Of a stretch of DNA of 64,000 nt, positions 1-14,312 are shown piece by piece. The stretch comes from Eledone cirrhosa. Taxonomy: Eukaryota. The stretch covers positions 43,090,001-43,154,000 of the forward strand of contig OZ024741.1 in assembly GCA_964016885.1 (NCBI GenBank), given 5' to 3'. Positions within the stretch are counted from its first letter, which is position 1. Each line of letters starts with the position of its first letter. The notes below the pieces were generated by a model that saw only the letters and a list, made by a program, of their open reading frames with translations, was not told the DNA's origin and made no database searches. A program made the position numbers and the translations under genes.

Positions 1-1352
1 CCATTGCAAGGCAATGGAGGCGTCCCAGGTTGGGCAGTCTCGAAAGTTCACTCGAAAGTCATGGGTGTGCATTCACACAGTTGAGCGGTGGGGTAATCAC
101 AAACCGGTTCACACACCAATTTTAAAAAAAAAACACATTTCTTGAAAACATCAGGGGCCCACGAAGGCGCTAAGTGTCACAGTCACCAGTATCACTCGAG
201 CGGTGGGGGTAATCACAAACCGGTTCAACACGGGCAGGAGTCAAATGGTCAGAAAGGTGCATCAAAGGAGGTAGAAGAATTCACATGCATTAGCATTAGC
301 AAGCGTGATGTTAAATCAAGCAGATACAGTTGTAGCGCATACAAAATATAAAAGCCATTAAGTCACCGCATTGGGACATCACAAGATTGTACACATCAAT
401 ATGTTCAGTACGTATATGCACGTATACACACCACATGCACATGCAGAGACGGTATACATATATATATATATATTTTTTTTTATATATACACACAGACACA
501 TATAACCACCTACACCCATACACATATAAATGTATACACAGGCACACACGCACACACACACAGCGTAGGACACCCGGGTCCAAGCCGATATTAAATACGA
601 TATTAAATACAATATTAAATATTAAACACCGAAATACCACATTAGATCAGACCCACCACCACAGGTAATATATTCAAAACAAATACATACGATGAGATGT
701 ATTAAAATAAAGTTGAAATCCTACGGAGATATTCATGTCTGCACGTGCCATTGACCGATTCGAGTGTACACAGACCGTTAGTAACTACGGAGGGCCATCG
801 GGGCCAAAACGTTACTTTCGGGATCATAAAAACGACCGTCAATATAAGGAAGGCCGATCGTGCTAGAAAGACTACAACCCCGGGTAAGAGTTCCCAGAGG
901 TCAGCCTGTAGATCTTGGACCACAGAATATGAGGGTAACACATATATGCGCCACGTATCCACTGCTTACGGCAGGATGGCTCGGGTCCGCCACAGTTACA
1001 GGCTAAATTTCTACTAGTGCAGCCTAAATCACAGTACACGCTTTACATAAATACATTACATCACAACTCATGCGCATACAGAGGTACAGATCAACAAGAT
1101 ATACGTCAGGATAGGTCCACCAATGCACTAATGGTGGGTAGGCCAGCGTGGATGGGTTACATCCACTGTACCAAACAGGGGTGCTTATTAACATACACTC
1201 CCCTGCACACCCCAATATCAAGATCAATATCCTCCCACAGGCATACGTATACATTCACAGACTCGTATACATAGACGACCAACATTAGGAGACAGTTACA
1301 CTCAGTCAGAGAGAGTTACACAAGACAGCCCAACTGGAGGAATAAGGACGTG

Positions 1353-3842
1353 CTATCTAACAGGTTTAAAGTAGAAGAAAGAGCTTAATATTCGGTGGGG
1401 GCAAGAGGAAAAAATTTCAGACTTTCTATTTAGTAGAGGGCATTTAGCAAATATAATAGAGTGGGATTCGGCAAGGCACAGGTTGCATACTCTACTATGA
1501 GGAGTATATGGATGGGATTTAGCAACCTGCCGCCAAGTAAGTGTGTAAGGTGTTCGTGCATTTTTTTAAATTATGGACGTACGCTGCCAAGGAGGTGGAG
1601 TTCTTCAGTTTATTATGTCTAAAAGTGCATTGATGAGAGTTAAACCTGGTCTTAAAGGGGGTGGAAGTTGATCCTATATAGGTCATAGTGGACGCCGTAG
1701 TTACCACATCACACGCATAAACTATGTTTCTAACAAGGCAGAAACCATTCAGGGGGCAGCCCGAAGCCCTTCTACAGTTACAACCTCTGGTGATGCTATT
1801 CTCAGAAAGATCACCACCAGTGTTACTGCCCACTCTATCCACTACCGTGTTTTCCCCTAGGCTTAGGTTGTCCAGGCCTTCCTTTATTTTCTTATTATTA
1901 GTAATGGCCAGATGAGAGGCTAGATTTTGGGTTGTAGAATATGAAAGTTTAACAACATTCTTATTGAGGATAGAGTGGTACCTATTACCAGGAGGGAAGT
2001 TCCGTTCTAGCACAGAGAAGAAGGCCCTAGGAATATTTGTAGCCACTTCAGAATTAAAAGGGGGGTTGAAGTATGTATTCAATCTTCTTCTATTCATTTT
2101 ATTCTTTCTATTTCCATCAGTATTATTAGCATTATTATTTCTACGGTTCCTATGCTCACCTAGTCCATGCGGGGAGCTGTGAGGCCCACCATTGCTATTA
2201 CTTAGACTAATGGTGCCCTGCTGGTTCATTCCACCGGCATCTAGAAACCTCCCGTTCACGACACCTCTATTGTTATTACTTAGACTAATGGTGCCCTGCT
2301 GTTTCATTCCACCGGCATTTAGAACCCTCCCATTCGCGACACCTCGATTACCAATGGACATATTATGTGTTATAACAACACTGGTAGAGCTACTATTAGG
2401 ACCATTATTTCCCTGGGTGTAATACAATTTGTCCCTAAAGCCGGATCTAGCTAAGGCGTCGTTATAGTAATCAGCCTGCGAGTCAAACGCCTCCTCACTA
2501 TGTGAGAGTGAACTTATTCTATTAGATACGCCCTTCAGTATACCGCTGATGACAGACCTAGGGTGGTTGGAGTAGGTATTCACGTAAGTCAGCAATTCAT
2601 TGGGCTTATGGTACGGTGTGTACGTATGGTTATCCAAGTCCAGTGTAACATCTAGGAAGTTCACAGTTCTATCATTTACATCCATTGTAATGGATAGGTT
2701 AAAAGTTTTAAAAAAGCTATGCAGCTTTTTCCTAATGCGCTCTATATTATACTTACTAGTATCTATGGAGAGTAGGGCGTCATCTCGGTACAACCCACCC
2801 CTAAGGAAAGGGAAGTTACTATGCAGTTCATTGAGGAGGTATAGTCCAACCAAGTCGGTGACTTGAGCAGAGTCACTCGACCCCATAGTGATGTCAAAAT
2901 TATCAGGTGTGTTTTTTCTCGTCCATAGATTATCCTCAAACATGATAATGGTTTTACGTGCAGCGAGAACAATATCTATCTGTGGCCTAGTAATTGCCCC
3001 CCTCCGCATGGCTAGGATGAGGGCCTTATTGAGGATAATAGGAGATATAGATGTATAATAAGCATCAATATCAAATTGGATGAATTTTAGTGAGTCACGA
3101 CCACAATCAGTAGAGAACCATGTAATGACCTTACTAGTGTTACCCCAAAGCTCAAGGAAAGTTTTTTCTCTAACCAGGGGAATAACGCTATCTAAGATTC
3201 CCTTACTAATAATCCCCAGGTCAGACTTGGAGGGGCAGATAAGCCTAACCGAGGGTCTGCTAATAAAATCTTCCTTGTGGTCCTTGAGGGTGAATCTAGG
3301 CTGCCTGGGGTAATAAGGCTGAGTGTGTTTATCCAGACCTAATTTTACCACTATGTTATACCCCTCCAGATTAATATTATCTAAATTACTCTGCGTTGTT
3401 TTTTTGTAGTTCCTATGTAGTTCATTATAAATGAAGCCTCGATAGGTTTTATAATCCATACTATATAAGTTTTTAGTTTTGTCAGAGGGGACCAGAATGG
3501 ATTTATTATCCCTAAAGTCCCTAACGATTGAACTTAGTTTACTCTGAAATTTATTGGTACATCTAGATTTTTTATATCTAATATTCCTAACAAGGGATAA
3601 TAGCTCACTTTCGAAGTTATCCAACAGGCTATTATGCGGGGGGCTCCTATAGGTCTTAAATCCATAATTATTAAAACTACGTCTCTCCTCAGGGTTATCA
3701 TACCTCTTATCAAAGTGGAACGCACGCCACCGAACACGTTTTACGAATGAGTTTATGCTAGTTATCAATGATTTCTCATACGAGATTTTAGGGGGGTGGG
3801 AATATTCTTCAAGGAAATGGGTAAGTATGTCTTTGTTAGCAT
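1353..3842 (-). CDS. Penelope-like retroelement ORF (RT + C-terminal GIY-YIG endonuclease), ~829 aa if two homopolymer frameshifts are corrected
   Basis: RT motifs [35 protein letters not shown]. Endonuclease [37 protein letters not shown] 3842 reads [15 protein letters not shown] (matches the N-terminus of the 29634 ORF) and shifts at the G6 run 3791-3796. After the T7 run 1561-1567 another frame reads [22 protein letters not shown] to TAG 1353. Confidence 0.93.
2196..2351 (-). repeat. 81-bp in-frame tandem duplication in the RT-EN linker
   Basis: [26 protein letters not shown] followed by [25 protein letters not shown]. Confidence 0.85.
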
Positions 3843-3887
3843 ACTGCCTGATAATATACAAGGACGCAAATCCGCGTATATCAAAGT

Positions 3888-3980
<93 letters not shown>

Positions 3981-4177
3981 ATATATATATATATATCTTT
4001 TATACTCTGCTATGTATTGAGCACCTTACTGTGGTTACCTCAGATTCAACCCGGAATAACTTACCTATATATATATATATATATATGAAGATCCGCTAAG
4101 GTGAAACAATTGTTCCCGGTATGGTGAACTACACACACACTCACACACACTCACACACACACACACACACACAAACA

Positions 4178-4256
<79 letters not shown>

Positions 4257-4257
4257 C

Positions 4258-4722
4258 AATCTAGGGCGGGTAAAATTCCCGAGATCCATGGACGAGTTCT
4301 CTCCAGCAGTCTCTGTCCCTCATTATCGCTGCCATGTCCTGCGTCTCCAACAGACCAGTGTCTGTCCTTAGGGCATCAACATACGTTAACCTTGGTCTTC
4401 CTCTTCCAGTGTCTCCATGTAGGGGCTCCCACCGGATCACTGAATGCAATGTCAACTCTGGATGTCGGTGAGCATGTCCATCTAACCTCAGTCTCCTCTG
4501 TGTCACATTTGAGCTGACTTTTGAAAAGTCGGACCTTTATAAAGACCTGAAAATCCGCCTCTTCACTGCTGTAGTGGAGTCTGTGCTACTGTACGGGTCT
4601 GAGATTTGGAGACTGACCAAGAAACTCACTTAGATGGTGGATGGGTGCTACACGAGAATGCTGAGGATGGTTCTGAACATTAATCAGTATACACTGAGGG
4701 TGAAAAACTCAGAGCTGTATGG
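4258..4722. mobile_element. 5'-truncated RTE-clade LINE 3' end with inverted 5' segment
   Basis: Minus 4530-4261 encodes QRRLRLDGH..GRGRPRLTYVD..RDRDCWR. Plus 4530-4722 encodes the adjacent upstream [35 protein letters not shown]. Confidence 0.8.
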
Positions 4723-4823
<101 letters not shown>

Positions 4824-4829
4824 ATATAT

Positions 4830-4969
<140 letters not shown>

Positions 4970-4970
4970 A

Positions 4971-5042
<72 letters not shown>

Positions 5043-5529
5043 GGAGTGTAACATGGAGTTGCTGTAGGTTCACCCGGGTGAGCACTCGATGTTTAGGTTC
5101 ACTTCAGTGTTGAGGTGTAGAGCTATACAGAGTGTATTCATTTTCTACTACCATTTCAAGCTGCTGATTACAGAGTCGGGTATGATCGATACAGATCGAA
5201 CCTGGAGCTGATCAGTGGCGAAACGCGCGTCACCAACCAATAAATGTAATGAAGGAGTAACCAAATATATATTAAAGAGTTAAACAAGATTCAATGAGTA
5301 TATCAAAGAATGAGTTTTACAGTAGAATGGAAGCACTCTATGGAAAATAATTTTCCAGAGTTATTAATATTAAAATACAAATATTAATAAAATAGATGTT
5401 CTTTTGATCAATTACATGTTATTATACATATTTCGGATGTACAATATATAGTTGTGTATAATGGTAGCTATGGTGCTTCCATAGGCGGTATGCCAAAATT
5501 AGCACAATATATGTACAATATATAGTTGT

Positions 5530-6530
5530 GTATAAGCCCAATGAAAACTTAAACTATGTTAGTAACCATTCCAATCACCCTAAATCTGTAAAAAAAAAAG
5601 CTATAGTAAATAGTGTGCAAAAACGAAGCAATAAAATATAAGCCAATAAAGCTATATTCGATGAAAACGCTGAATACTACAACAATGCGGTAAAAAGAGC
5701 AGGATATATGAATAATATAGAATATGTAGATAATAATAATCCAAGTATTAATCTTAATAAAAATAATAACATATATAAGAAAAACTCTAATAATTATAAT
5801 TCAAACACCCATACGCCAAATAAATCTAGGATACGAACTAGAACTAAATCAGTCATATGGTTCGCCCCCCACCCCGCTTCGGTCGCAGTCAAAACATGAA
5901 TTGTATGCAAAATTATTCTTTAACGTTGGAAACCTCTTTCCCTACTCAACATAAATACCATTCCATTTTTAATAGATATACCATTAAATTCTCATATTCT
6001 ACAACAATGAACATGGCCCAAAACATTGCCAAATTAAACACTAAAATCCTAAAACAAAACAAGCATAATGATCTTAATAATAGAGTTAACATAAATGATA
6101 CTAAACCAAAATGTAATTGTAGAACTAAAACTGATTGTCCTTTGCAAAATAATTGTCTAGATAGTAACTTGGTTTATAAATGCACCGTAAAATCTGATCA
6201 CAACACATACAACTATATAGGATCGACTTCTACATTTAAAGCCAGATTTGCGAACCATAAATGCTCTTTCTCGAACTCCATGAGGAAATCATCCACGTCT
6301 TTATCACAGCTCATATGGTCATTAAAAGAGAGGAATTTAAAACACTCCAATCTTTGGACTAAACTTCGGAACTGTGGAGTTTACCACAACTGCAGTATAT
6401 CAAATAACTGCGCGCTCTGTACAATGGAACCCTGTTGATTATTAATAACTATGAGACCCTAATTAACAAAAAAAGTAAATTATTCTCTAGTTTCCTCCAC
6501 AAAGCTACGTCCACATTCTTAGCCTCCCAC
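5530..6530 (+). pseudogene. Penelope-like fragment (RT thumb + GIY-YIG), frameshifted
   Basis: SNHP..YYNNAVKRAGY; VIWFAP; CNCRTKTDCPLQNNC..VYKC..YIGSTSTFKARFANH. Confidence 0.88.
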
Positions 6531-6614
6531 AAAACGAGAAAAAAGAGAGAGAAACACTTAAACATTAAAAACTTGGTTGTCAGACGTATATAATCAACAG
6601 GGAAAAACATTAAT

Positions 6615-6800
6615 TGTTTCTACATTTGGCACAAGGCCAGCAATTACTCCAGTGTATTACTGGTACTTTATTTTATCGACCCCGTAAGGATGAAAGGCAA
6701 AGTTAACCTCGGCGGGATTTGAACTCAGTCCGTAAAGGGACGTAACTATGCTGGAAAGCATGGCGTCCGACTCTCTACCGATACTGCCAATTCACCGCCC
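6615..6800 (-). mobile_element. tRNA-derived SINE (MetaSINE-like)
   Basis: Head ggcggtgaattggcagtatcggtagag, B-box gagttcaaatccc, core gcctttcatccttacggggtcgataaa, ~17-bp TSD caggg(a/g)aaaacattaat. Confidence 0.88.
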
Positions 6801-7400
6801 TCAGGGGAAAACATTAATGGCCTTTAATATTGCATTATCTTATAACTATCTATAGAAGAAATAACGCTTGAATGAAAGACACTTGTTCAATAACATGCTG
6901 GAACATTCATATACATAACATAATATTATAATTATTATAATTATTAACTTTGATCCATACCATTATTTCTTTATTTCTCTATCTTTATCTTCCTATCTAA
7001 GTTTTAAATTTTAGTTTAATATCCAACCCATACATTTTTATGGAAAAATACATTATGGAGCATTTCAATTATTTACCATTTGAAATAGATTACTTTCATA
7101 TCAATCCATTCGTTATTTATAGAGAAATTGTTGAAATGTATAACCTAGAAATACAGAAAATAGTCAATCATCTCATTTCTTCTGTGTTTAAGGTATATTA
7201 TTTTATCTCCTACGTTATTATCTATTTACTTATTTGTCTGTTTCAATAATTGTTATCTAAATATGATATTAATCTTTCCTTTGATTGGTATTTGCAGGAA
7301 TTTAATTCTCTCTCTATAAATATTGAAGAAAAGAGGAATATGTTAGAAAATCATATTATGTATCTGTGTCTGTCTATATGTATATATCTAAGTGTATGTA

Positions 7401-7450
<50 letters not shown>

Positions 7451-7465
7451 TCTCTCTCTCTCTCG

Positions 7466-7507
<42 letters not shown>

Positions 7508-7668
7508 CTCTGTCTGTCTGTCTACCCCCTCTCTTTCTCTATGATATATATATATTTATATATATATGAAGGAACACAGGTAAAACGTCGAAACGAAAGA
7601 AGGCACGTGATGTTAGTCCACCATTTAAAAAAATGGAAATTTCATATACACACACGCTCTCACACATA

Positions 7669-7726
<58 letters not shown>

Positions 7727-7763
7727 TTACATATATATATAGGGAAATTTAATATGTACACTT

Positions 7764-7847
<84 letters not shown>

Positions 7848-7865
7848 GTATATATATATATATAT

Positions 7866-7990
7866 ATAGGAACCAGTAAGACCCCGACAGCTGAGCTCAA
7901 GCCGTTTCGACGGCTAATTCTGGACTCAGAGTCCAGAATTAGCCGTCGAAACGGCTTGAGCTCAGCTGTCGGGGTCTTACTGGTTCCTAT
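7866..7990. repeat. Perfect 62-bp-arm palindrome containing the 3' half of a hammerhead
   Basis: Arms mirror around the a at 7928. The arm contains cGAAAcggc-ttgagctca-gctgTC. Confidence 0.8.
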
Positions 7991-8058
7991 TACCCACTCT
8001 ACTACCTCAAGTATTGAGTACTTTGGTGCGTTTTGGTTCCTTACCACATTTCCTTCGT

Positions 8059-8092
<34 letters not shown>

Positions 8093-8098
8093 TGTGTG

Positions 8099-8144
<46 letters not shown>

Positions 8145-8553
8145 GTATAGGATTATCCAAGATGTAGTAATGGTTAATTACTACACTGGATATGGTTGAC
8201 GTACGGTCAGAGGTTACTTTACGCGTTATGAAAGAATTGTTGAAGAAACTTAGTTCCTGATCCTTCTGTATTCCGGAGTGTATATAAAGAATGAATAATA
8301 ACAGGTAGACATCATAAAAAGGTAATTTATTCCGTGTGCTTACAAATATTTCCACGGTGGTACTACAGCCTAGTTATGCTATGTGCAAATTTACAAGTAT
8401 TTGCAGAACTCAAATATCCAATGCTGTGACCACTGTATCCTCAGAGCAGAATGGTAAAATGTACAATGTAAATACCCTTAAGTGGGGTAGTTGGGGAAGA
8501 TCCTGTATTTATATATGTATTTATATATATACATACATATATATATTTATATA

Positions 8554-8594
<41 letters not shown>

Positions 8595-8602
<8 letters not shown>

Positions 8603-9321
8603 CGTAAAATAAGAAAATATTTAAAAAAAAATTTTTTACTTACTTACTTAAATTTTCACTCCAACTAATTAGTTTCTGCAATGGGATAAAGACAGTTACG
8701 TAATCCAACTGTCGAGAATTCATTGCGTCATCAGGGAGTCTATTCTCAGCTGAGTCTCCAGGCAATGCGCGGACACTGGCGGCTCATATAAAAATAATAA
8801 TAATTCGGTAGATAGAACAGCTAGCGAGGACTGGATTCCATGTACTGAAATTCTCACTGCTTCTAGTCAAATGGCTGATTCTAAAGAATCAATCACGTGA
8901 CACAGAGGCTAGTTAGAAGGAATGGGATGGTAAGATGACTGACGCCTAATAACACCCCAAAAAATTTAGAAGTGGTTTTGGCAGGTTTGCTCGACAAATC
9001 AGTGATTTGGAGATAAATATAGATAATTTAATATATCAACTAGCATAAGCGCACAGATGCATGTCCATGCCAGCAAATACACAGGTTATGTCATAGTACC
9101 TAGGTGGTTCAATGCAGGAGGATGCAGAACAATAATATAAAAGACGTAAAATAAGAAAATATTTGTAGAAAATTTTTTTAAAAATATTTTCTTATTTTAC
9201 GTCTTTTATATTATTGTTCTGCATCCTCCTGCATTGAACCACCTAGGTACTATGACATAACCTGTGTATTTGCTGGCATGGACGTGCATCTGTGCGCTTA
9301 TGCTAGTTGATATATTAAATT

Positions 9322-9322
<1 letters not shown>
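8595..9322 (-). mobile_element. Non-coding hammerhead element (~542-bp unit) with inverted terminal segment, in (TA)n
   Basis: gacgtaaaataagaaaatattt at 8601 and 9143. 9180-9322 is the reverse complement of ~9022-9165. Confidence 0.8.
8658..8739 (-). ncRNA. Type I hammerhead ribozyme
   Basis: actcc-CTGATGA-cgcaatg..cattgca-GAAA-ctaattag-TT-ggagt; palindromic stem III. Confidence 0.8.
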
Positions 9323-9405
<83 letters not shown>

Positions 9406-9406
9406 T

Positions 9407-9562
<156 letters not shown>

Positions 9563-9666
9563 GGAAATTTAATATATATAAATATAAAGTGGAAATTTAA
9601 TATATAAACTTAGATATAAATGTATATGTATGTATATATGTATGTATGTATGTGTATATATATATG

Positions 9667-10264
9667 TCAGGTCACCAGTTGGTGCTACTGGTAACATGTA
9701 TCCCTGTACAACCTGTCCCATGGTCAGGTCGTTGGCGACTAAACTGACAACCCCACCAAGGTTTCTTGGTGAGGAGGGTGACTTTGGACATCCTGCAGGA
9801 CTAAAAACAAAACCTGGCAAAGGAGCTCTTAAGAGTCAATGGCCATCCAAAATCACCGGGAGAGATGACCCATTAGCCTTTGTCAAGGCAGAATTCTAGG
9901 AGAAGGAAAACTCTGATATAACACCTGCAACCCTGATGGTATCCAATGATGTTGACTTATTCTTCTTTTTGGTAAATATCATCTTGGATTAAGAGAGTGG
10001 GACTGGCTTTGTGCAGTGCCTTTGCTCACTATAAAAGCTTCACGCCACAGGCATTGCTTTATATCTGGAGATCTCTCTACACTTGTCGTCACATGGTACC
10101 AAAGGCCCAACACTATGTGTCAATAATTGTCACAGGTGTAGTGTTTGTACCAGAGTTTTCAAGTCGCTGGCTGGACTAAAAGTCCCACTTATTTAGCGCA
10201 TCGGTAGGGGTTCTCCTACATGGATATAAAGTAGTGGCCGTACTCGAAAACGAGTTGGCAGCCA

Positions 10265-10268
<4 letters not shown>
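9667..10268 (+). repeat. Two abutting non-coding dispersed repeats resembling RTE-clade 5' leaders
   Basis: 9667-9852 recurs at ~42945-43138 (-) and ~47026-47213 (+). 9853-10268 recurs at 11915-12299 and, more diverged, at ~42600-42915 (-) and ~43985-44299 (+). The RTE assignment is from recalled similarity only. Confidence 0.6.
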
Positions 10269-10334
<66 letters not shown>

Positions 10335-10802
10335 ATATATATTTAAATATATACATACATACATACATATATACATACATATACATTTATATCTAAGTTT
10401 ATATATTAAATTTCCACTTTTCAATATGATGGATTAATATCACGCGCCTTCTCTTCTTTCTACGTATTCCCGTGTTCCTCCTTATCTTATTCTAGTCTAT
10501 CTTCCCAATTCTTCTCTCTCCGAAACATTATTTCTCTCATTCTACATAAATAAAGTACCAGTAATGCACTGGGTAATTGCTGGCCTTCTGCCTAAAGTAG
10601 AAACAATTATTTCTCTCATTCTACATTCCGATAAAGTTCAATCTTCCGAAACCTTAAGATATTTTTTCAAGTATATCAACTCTTAAACTCATATACCTCC
10701 ATTTATTGAATGGTTCCTGGTTTCATATTTTCTTCTTGAACTTTCTTATACGTAAATGCATATATATATAGGTAGACGCGCGCCATCATCCACTTTTCTA
10801 AA

Positions 10803-11011
<209 letters not shown>

Positions 11012-11330
11012 AGAAAAGTGGATGATGGCGCGCGTCTACCTGAAATGGAAAAAAAAAACGTTTTGTAAAAAGAGATATACTTGTGCACGTGCGAAAGCAT
11101 GAGTCTGTTTGTGTGTGTGTGTGTGTGCGTGTTATTATAGGTCCGTACGAAGGTAAGAATAAATGTGTGCGTATAAGTGAGTAAAAGAGTGTGTGCGCAT
11201 GTAAGTACGAAGTTATGAGCAAAAGTATGTTAATATAAGGGTGTTTATCGGCATGTATTAGTTGTAAGAGAAGCTGCTAATGATCAAGGGAAAGCGATAG
11301 GAATCTATGGGTGTGATAATGGACGGGGTA

Positions 11331-11915
11331 TTAGAAAAATTGCGTAGGTGAGTTGAGTCCAAGAGGGGAAGAGGACCCAAGACGGTGAATCAGACTTTGT
11401 TCAGTCCTGGTGTGCGAAGCCTGTGATCCATGATGTAAAAGGACACCCAGCACTAAAACATGTAGGGAAGAATGACCAGGAAAACAGAAATGACGAGTGA
11501 CAGGAGTATCCAAACCGACTTGTATGTCCCTCAAATGTACCGGTTGTCCGATATGTAAAGACCCGCAACGGAACACCGGAGGGCATAGGCAACGTGGGTG
11601 GATGTGCAGGTGAAGGAATGGCGGATACGCAAAGACCCGTTAGGGCCTGTAAGAGTGGTGAGGGTGGAAATAAAGGGACAAGTGTAGCAGCGGGAACGGG
11701 AACAAGGATGAGAGCCGGGTGGAGTCATGAGAGAGGACGAAAAAGAACTGCGAACCAGGAGGTCGCAGAGGTTTCGGGCGCGCTTAAAAGCTGTAATGGG
11801 TGAGTTTGGAAAAAAGCGAGAAGTGACGGGGTCAGAAGAGAGGATACGGAAGGAACAGAGGATATGTCGCCGGAGTGGTAGGGTGATGGGGTGGGAAAGG
11901 AACACGGGTGTTGGG
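11331..11915 (-). pseudogene. Penelope-like (Neptune-type) Cys linker + GIY-YIG fragment
   Basis: AFKRARNLCDLLVRS, CSRSRCYTC, FTCTSTHVAYALRC, HIGQ, EQSLIHRLGSSSPLGLN. Confidence 0.85.
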
Positions 11916-12311
11916 AAGGCAGAATTCTAGGAGAAGGAAAACTCTGATATAACACCTGCAACCCTGATGGTATCCAATGATGTTGACTTGTTCTTCATTT
12001 TGGTAAATATCATCTTGGTTAAGAGAGTGGGACTGGCTTTGTGCAGTGCCTTTCCTCACTATAAAAGCTTCACGGCACAGGCATTGCTTTATATCTGGAG
12101 ATCTCTCTGCACTTGTCATCACATGGTACCATGCACCCAGCACTATGTGTCAATAATTGTCACAAGTGTAGCGTTTGTACCTACCAGAGTTTTCAAGTCG
12201 CTGGCTGGACTAAAAATTCACACTCGTTCAGCGCATCGGTAGGGGTTCTCCTACATATAAAGTAGTGGCCGTACTCGAAAACGAGTTTGCAGCCACCATA
12301 TATATATATAT

Positions 12312-12737
12312 ATATGCATACTACTGTACGTCTGTATACATATATGTATGTACGTATACATATTTATATTTAAGTATCAGCCGTACTAAGCGTGAGAAAT
12401 GAAATTTCGTTTCATTTTTTCCGTTTATCGTTTTCGGTACCCCGGTCGATTAACTCACTCGATATGCAAATTAGGCTGCTCAGCCGTTAATATGCATAAG
12501 GAGAGTATATACTTTCAGACGTTCAACCATCTGGCAGGAAGGTATACGTTGCTGACGATAGTTAATAAGCTTGAAACTAGTATAGCGTTCCTTTGTCAGT
12601 GGTGAACAAATGAGCAACGATGTTTGCTAGACACTGTACGGCTTAATTCGGGATGTTTGTTTACAAACACACCGAGCATTATAATAAATGTTCGGTGAAT
12701 CCATACGTATATATATATATGTGTGTGCATGTATGTA

Positions 12738-12825
<88 letters not shown>

Positions 12826-13330
12826 TACTACTGTACGTCTGTATACATATATGTATGTACGTATACATACTTATATTTAAGTAACAGCCGTACTAAGCGT
12901 GAGAAATGAAATTTCGTTTCATTTTTTCCGTTTATCGTTTTCGGTACCCCGGCCGATTAACTCACTCGATATGCAAATTAGGCTGCTCAGCCGTTAATAT
13001 GCATAAGGAAAGTATATACTTTCAGACGTTCAACCATCTGGCAAGAAGGTACACGTTGCTGACGATAGCTAATAAGCTTGAAACTAGTACAGTGTTCCTT
13101 TGTCAGTGGTGAACAAATGAGCAACGATGTTTGCTAGACACTGTACGGCTTAATTCGGGATGTTTGTTTACAAACACACCGAGCATTATAATAAATGTTC
13201 GGTGAATCCATACGTACATATATATATGTGTGCATGTATGTATATATGTATATATATATATATATATATGCATACTACTGTACGTCTGTATACATATATG
13301 TATGTACGTATACATACTTATATTTATATA
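12312..13330 (+). mobile_element. Tandem hammerhead element (retrozyme-like), ~2.1 units of 447-507 bp
   Basis: atgcatactactg at ~12314, 12821 and 13268. Length variation comes from an internal (TA)n. Confidence 0.85.
12546..12588 (+). ncRNA. Minimal type I hammerhead (second copy 13053-13095)
   Basis: acgttg-CTGACGA-tag(t/c)t-aata-agctt-GAAA-ctag-TA-(t/c)ag(c/t)gt. Confidence 0.75.
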
Positions 13331-13983
13331 TATATAGTTATATGTAATAATAATAATACTATTTATAGTTATGTATATTGTATAAACAACTATAAACAGG
13401 AAGGTCAGTAATTTCTTATTACCTTATTACCAGTAAGAGAAATAGTTATATATATAGTTATATGTATGTATATATACATATACACATATACATACATATG
13501 TGTGTGAGTGATTGTGTTTGTGTTTGTTTATAAATGAAGTAAATATTTTTATTTTTTACATTTATGGACAATTAATCTCCATCTTAATATATATTTTATT
13601 AATGGGTAGAGAATGAGTTGAGTAAAGAGAAGCATGTAAAAGATGGGAAAGTATAGAATGGAATAGAATTGAAGAACTGATGATATAGTGACATCCAAAT
13701 ATAGACATTTCACGAAGGATTATTTGTGCATAGGAATTAAAAATATATTCAGAGAAAGCAACATTTAGTGAAGGTTGATAGGAAGGTAAGAAAGGAAGGG
13801 TGATGAACAAATAGTGCGAAATATGAAACAAATAATATATATATAAATAAAAATAAATTAAACGAGACCGGAATTATGGAGAAACGAAAATGTGATGCTG
13901 TATGCGAGGATACGTTATAGTGTATATGTGAGATTGGGAGTGAATGTAACGTGATATGAGTGTACGCTTGTGTGAGTTAGTGG

Positions 13984-14019
<36 letters not shown>

Positions 14020-14125
14020 TGTGTTCTGTTGCTACTGGAAGATGGTACTGCGAGCTAATATGTTATGAATTATAAAACGAATTTGATATAATTAAGGCAT
14101 CTTTTATTACTATTATTATATCAAG

Positions 14126-14312
14126 GGCGATGGATTGGCAGTATCGGTAGAGTGTCGGACGCCATGCTTTGACGTATAGAGTTACGGCCCTTGCCATTCT
14201 GAGTTCAAATCCCGCCGGGGTTAACTTTGCCTTTCATCCTTACTTGGTCGATAAAATAAAGTACCAGTAATGCACTGGATAATTGCTGGCCTTGTGCCAA
14301 AAGTAGAAATAA
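14126..14312 (+). mobile_element. tRNA-derived SINE (MetaSINE-like)
   Basis: Same family as 6615-6800. Confidence 0.85.

Noticed and set aside
1353-3842. Selenocysteine-recoding (Naiad-type) PLE
   Set aside because: No in-frame TGA in the long ORF, and the endonuclease is C-terminal rather than N-terminal.
6615-6800. tRNA genes at A/B-box-like sequences
   Set aside because: No cloverleaf; they continue into SINE core and tail with TSDs.
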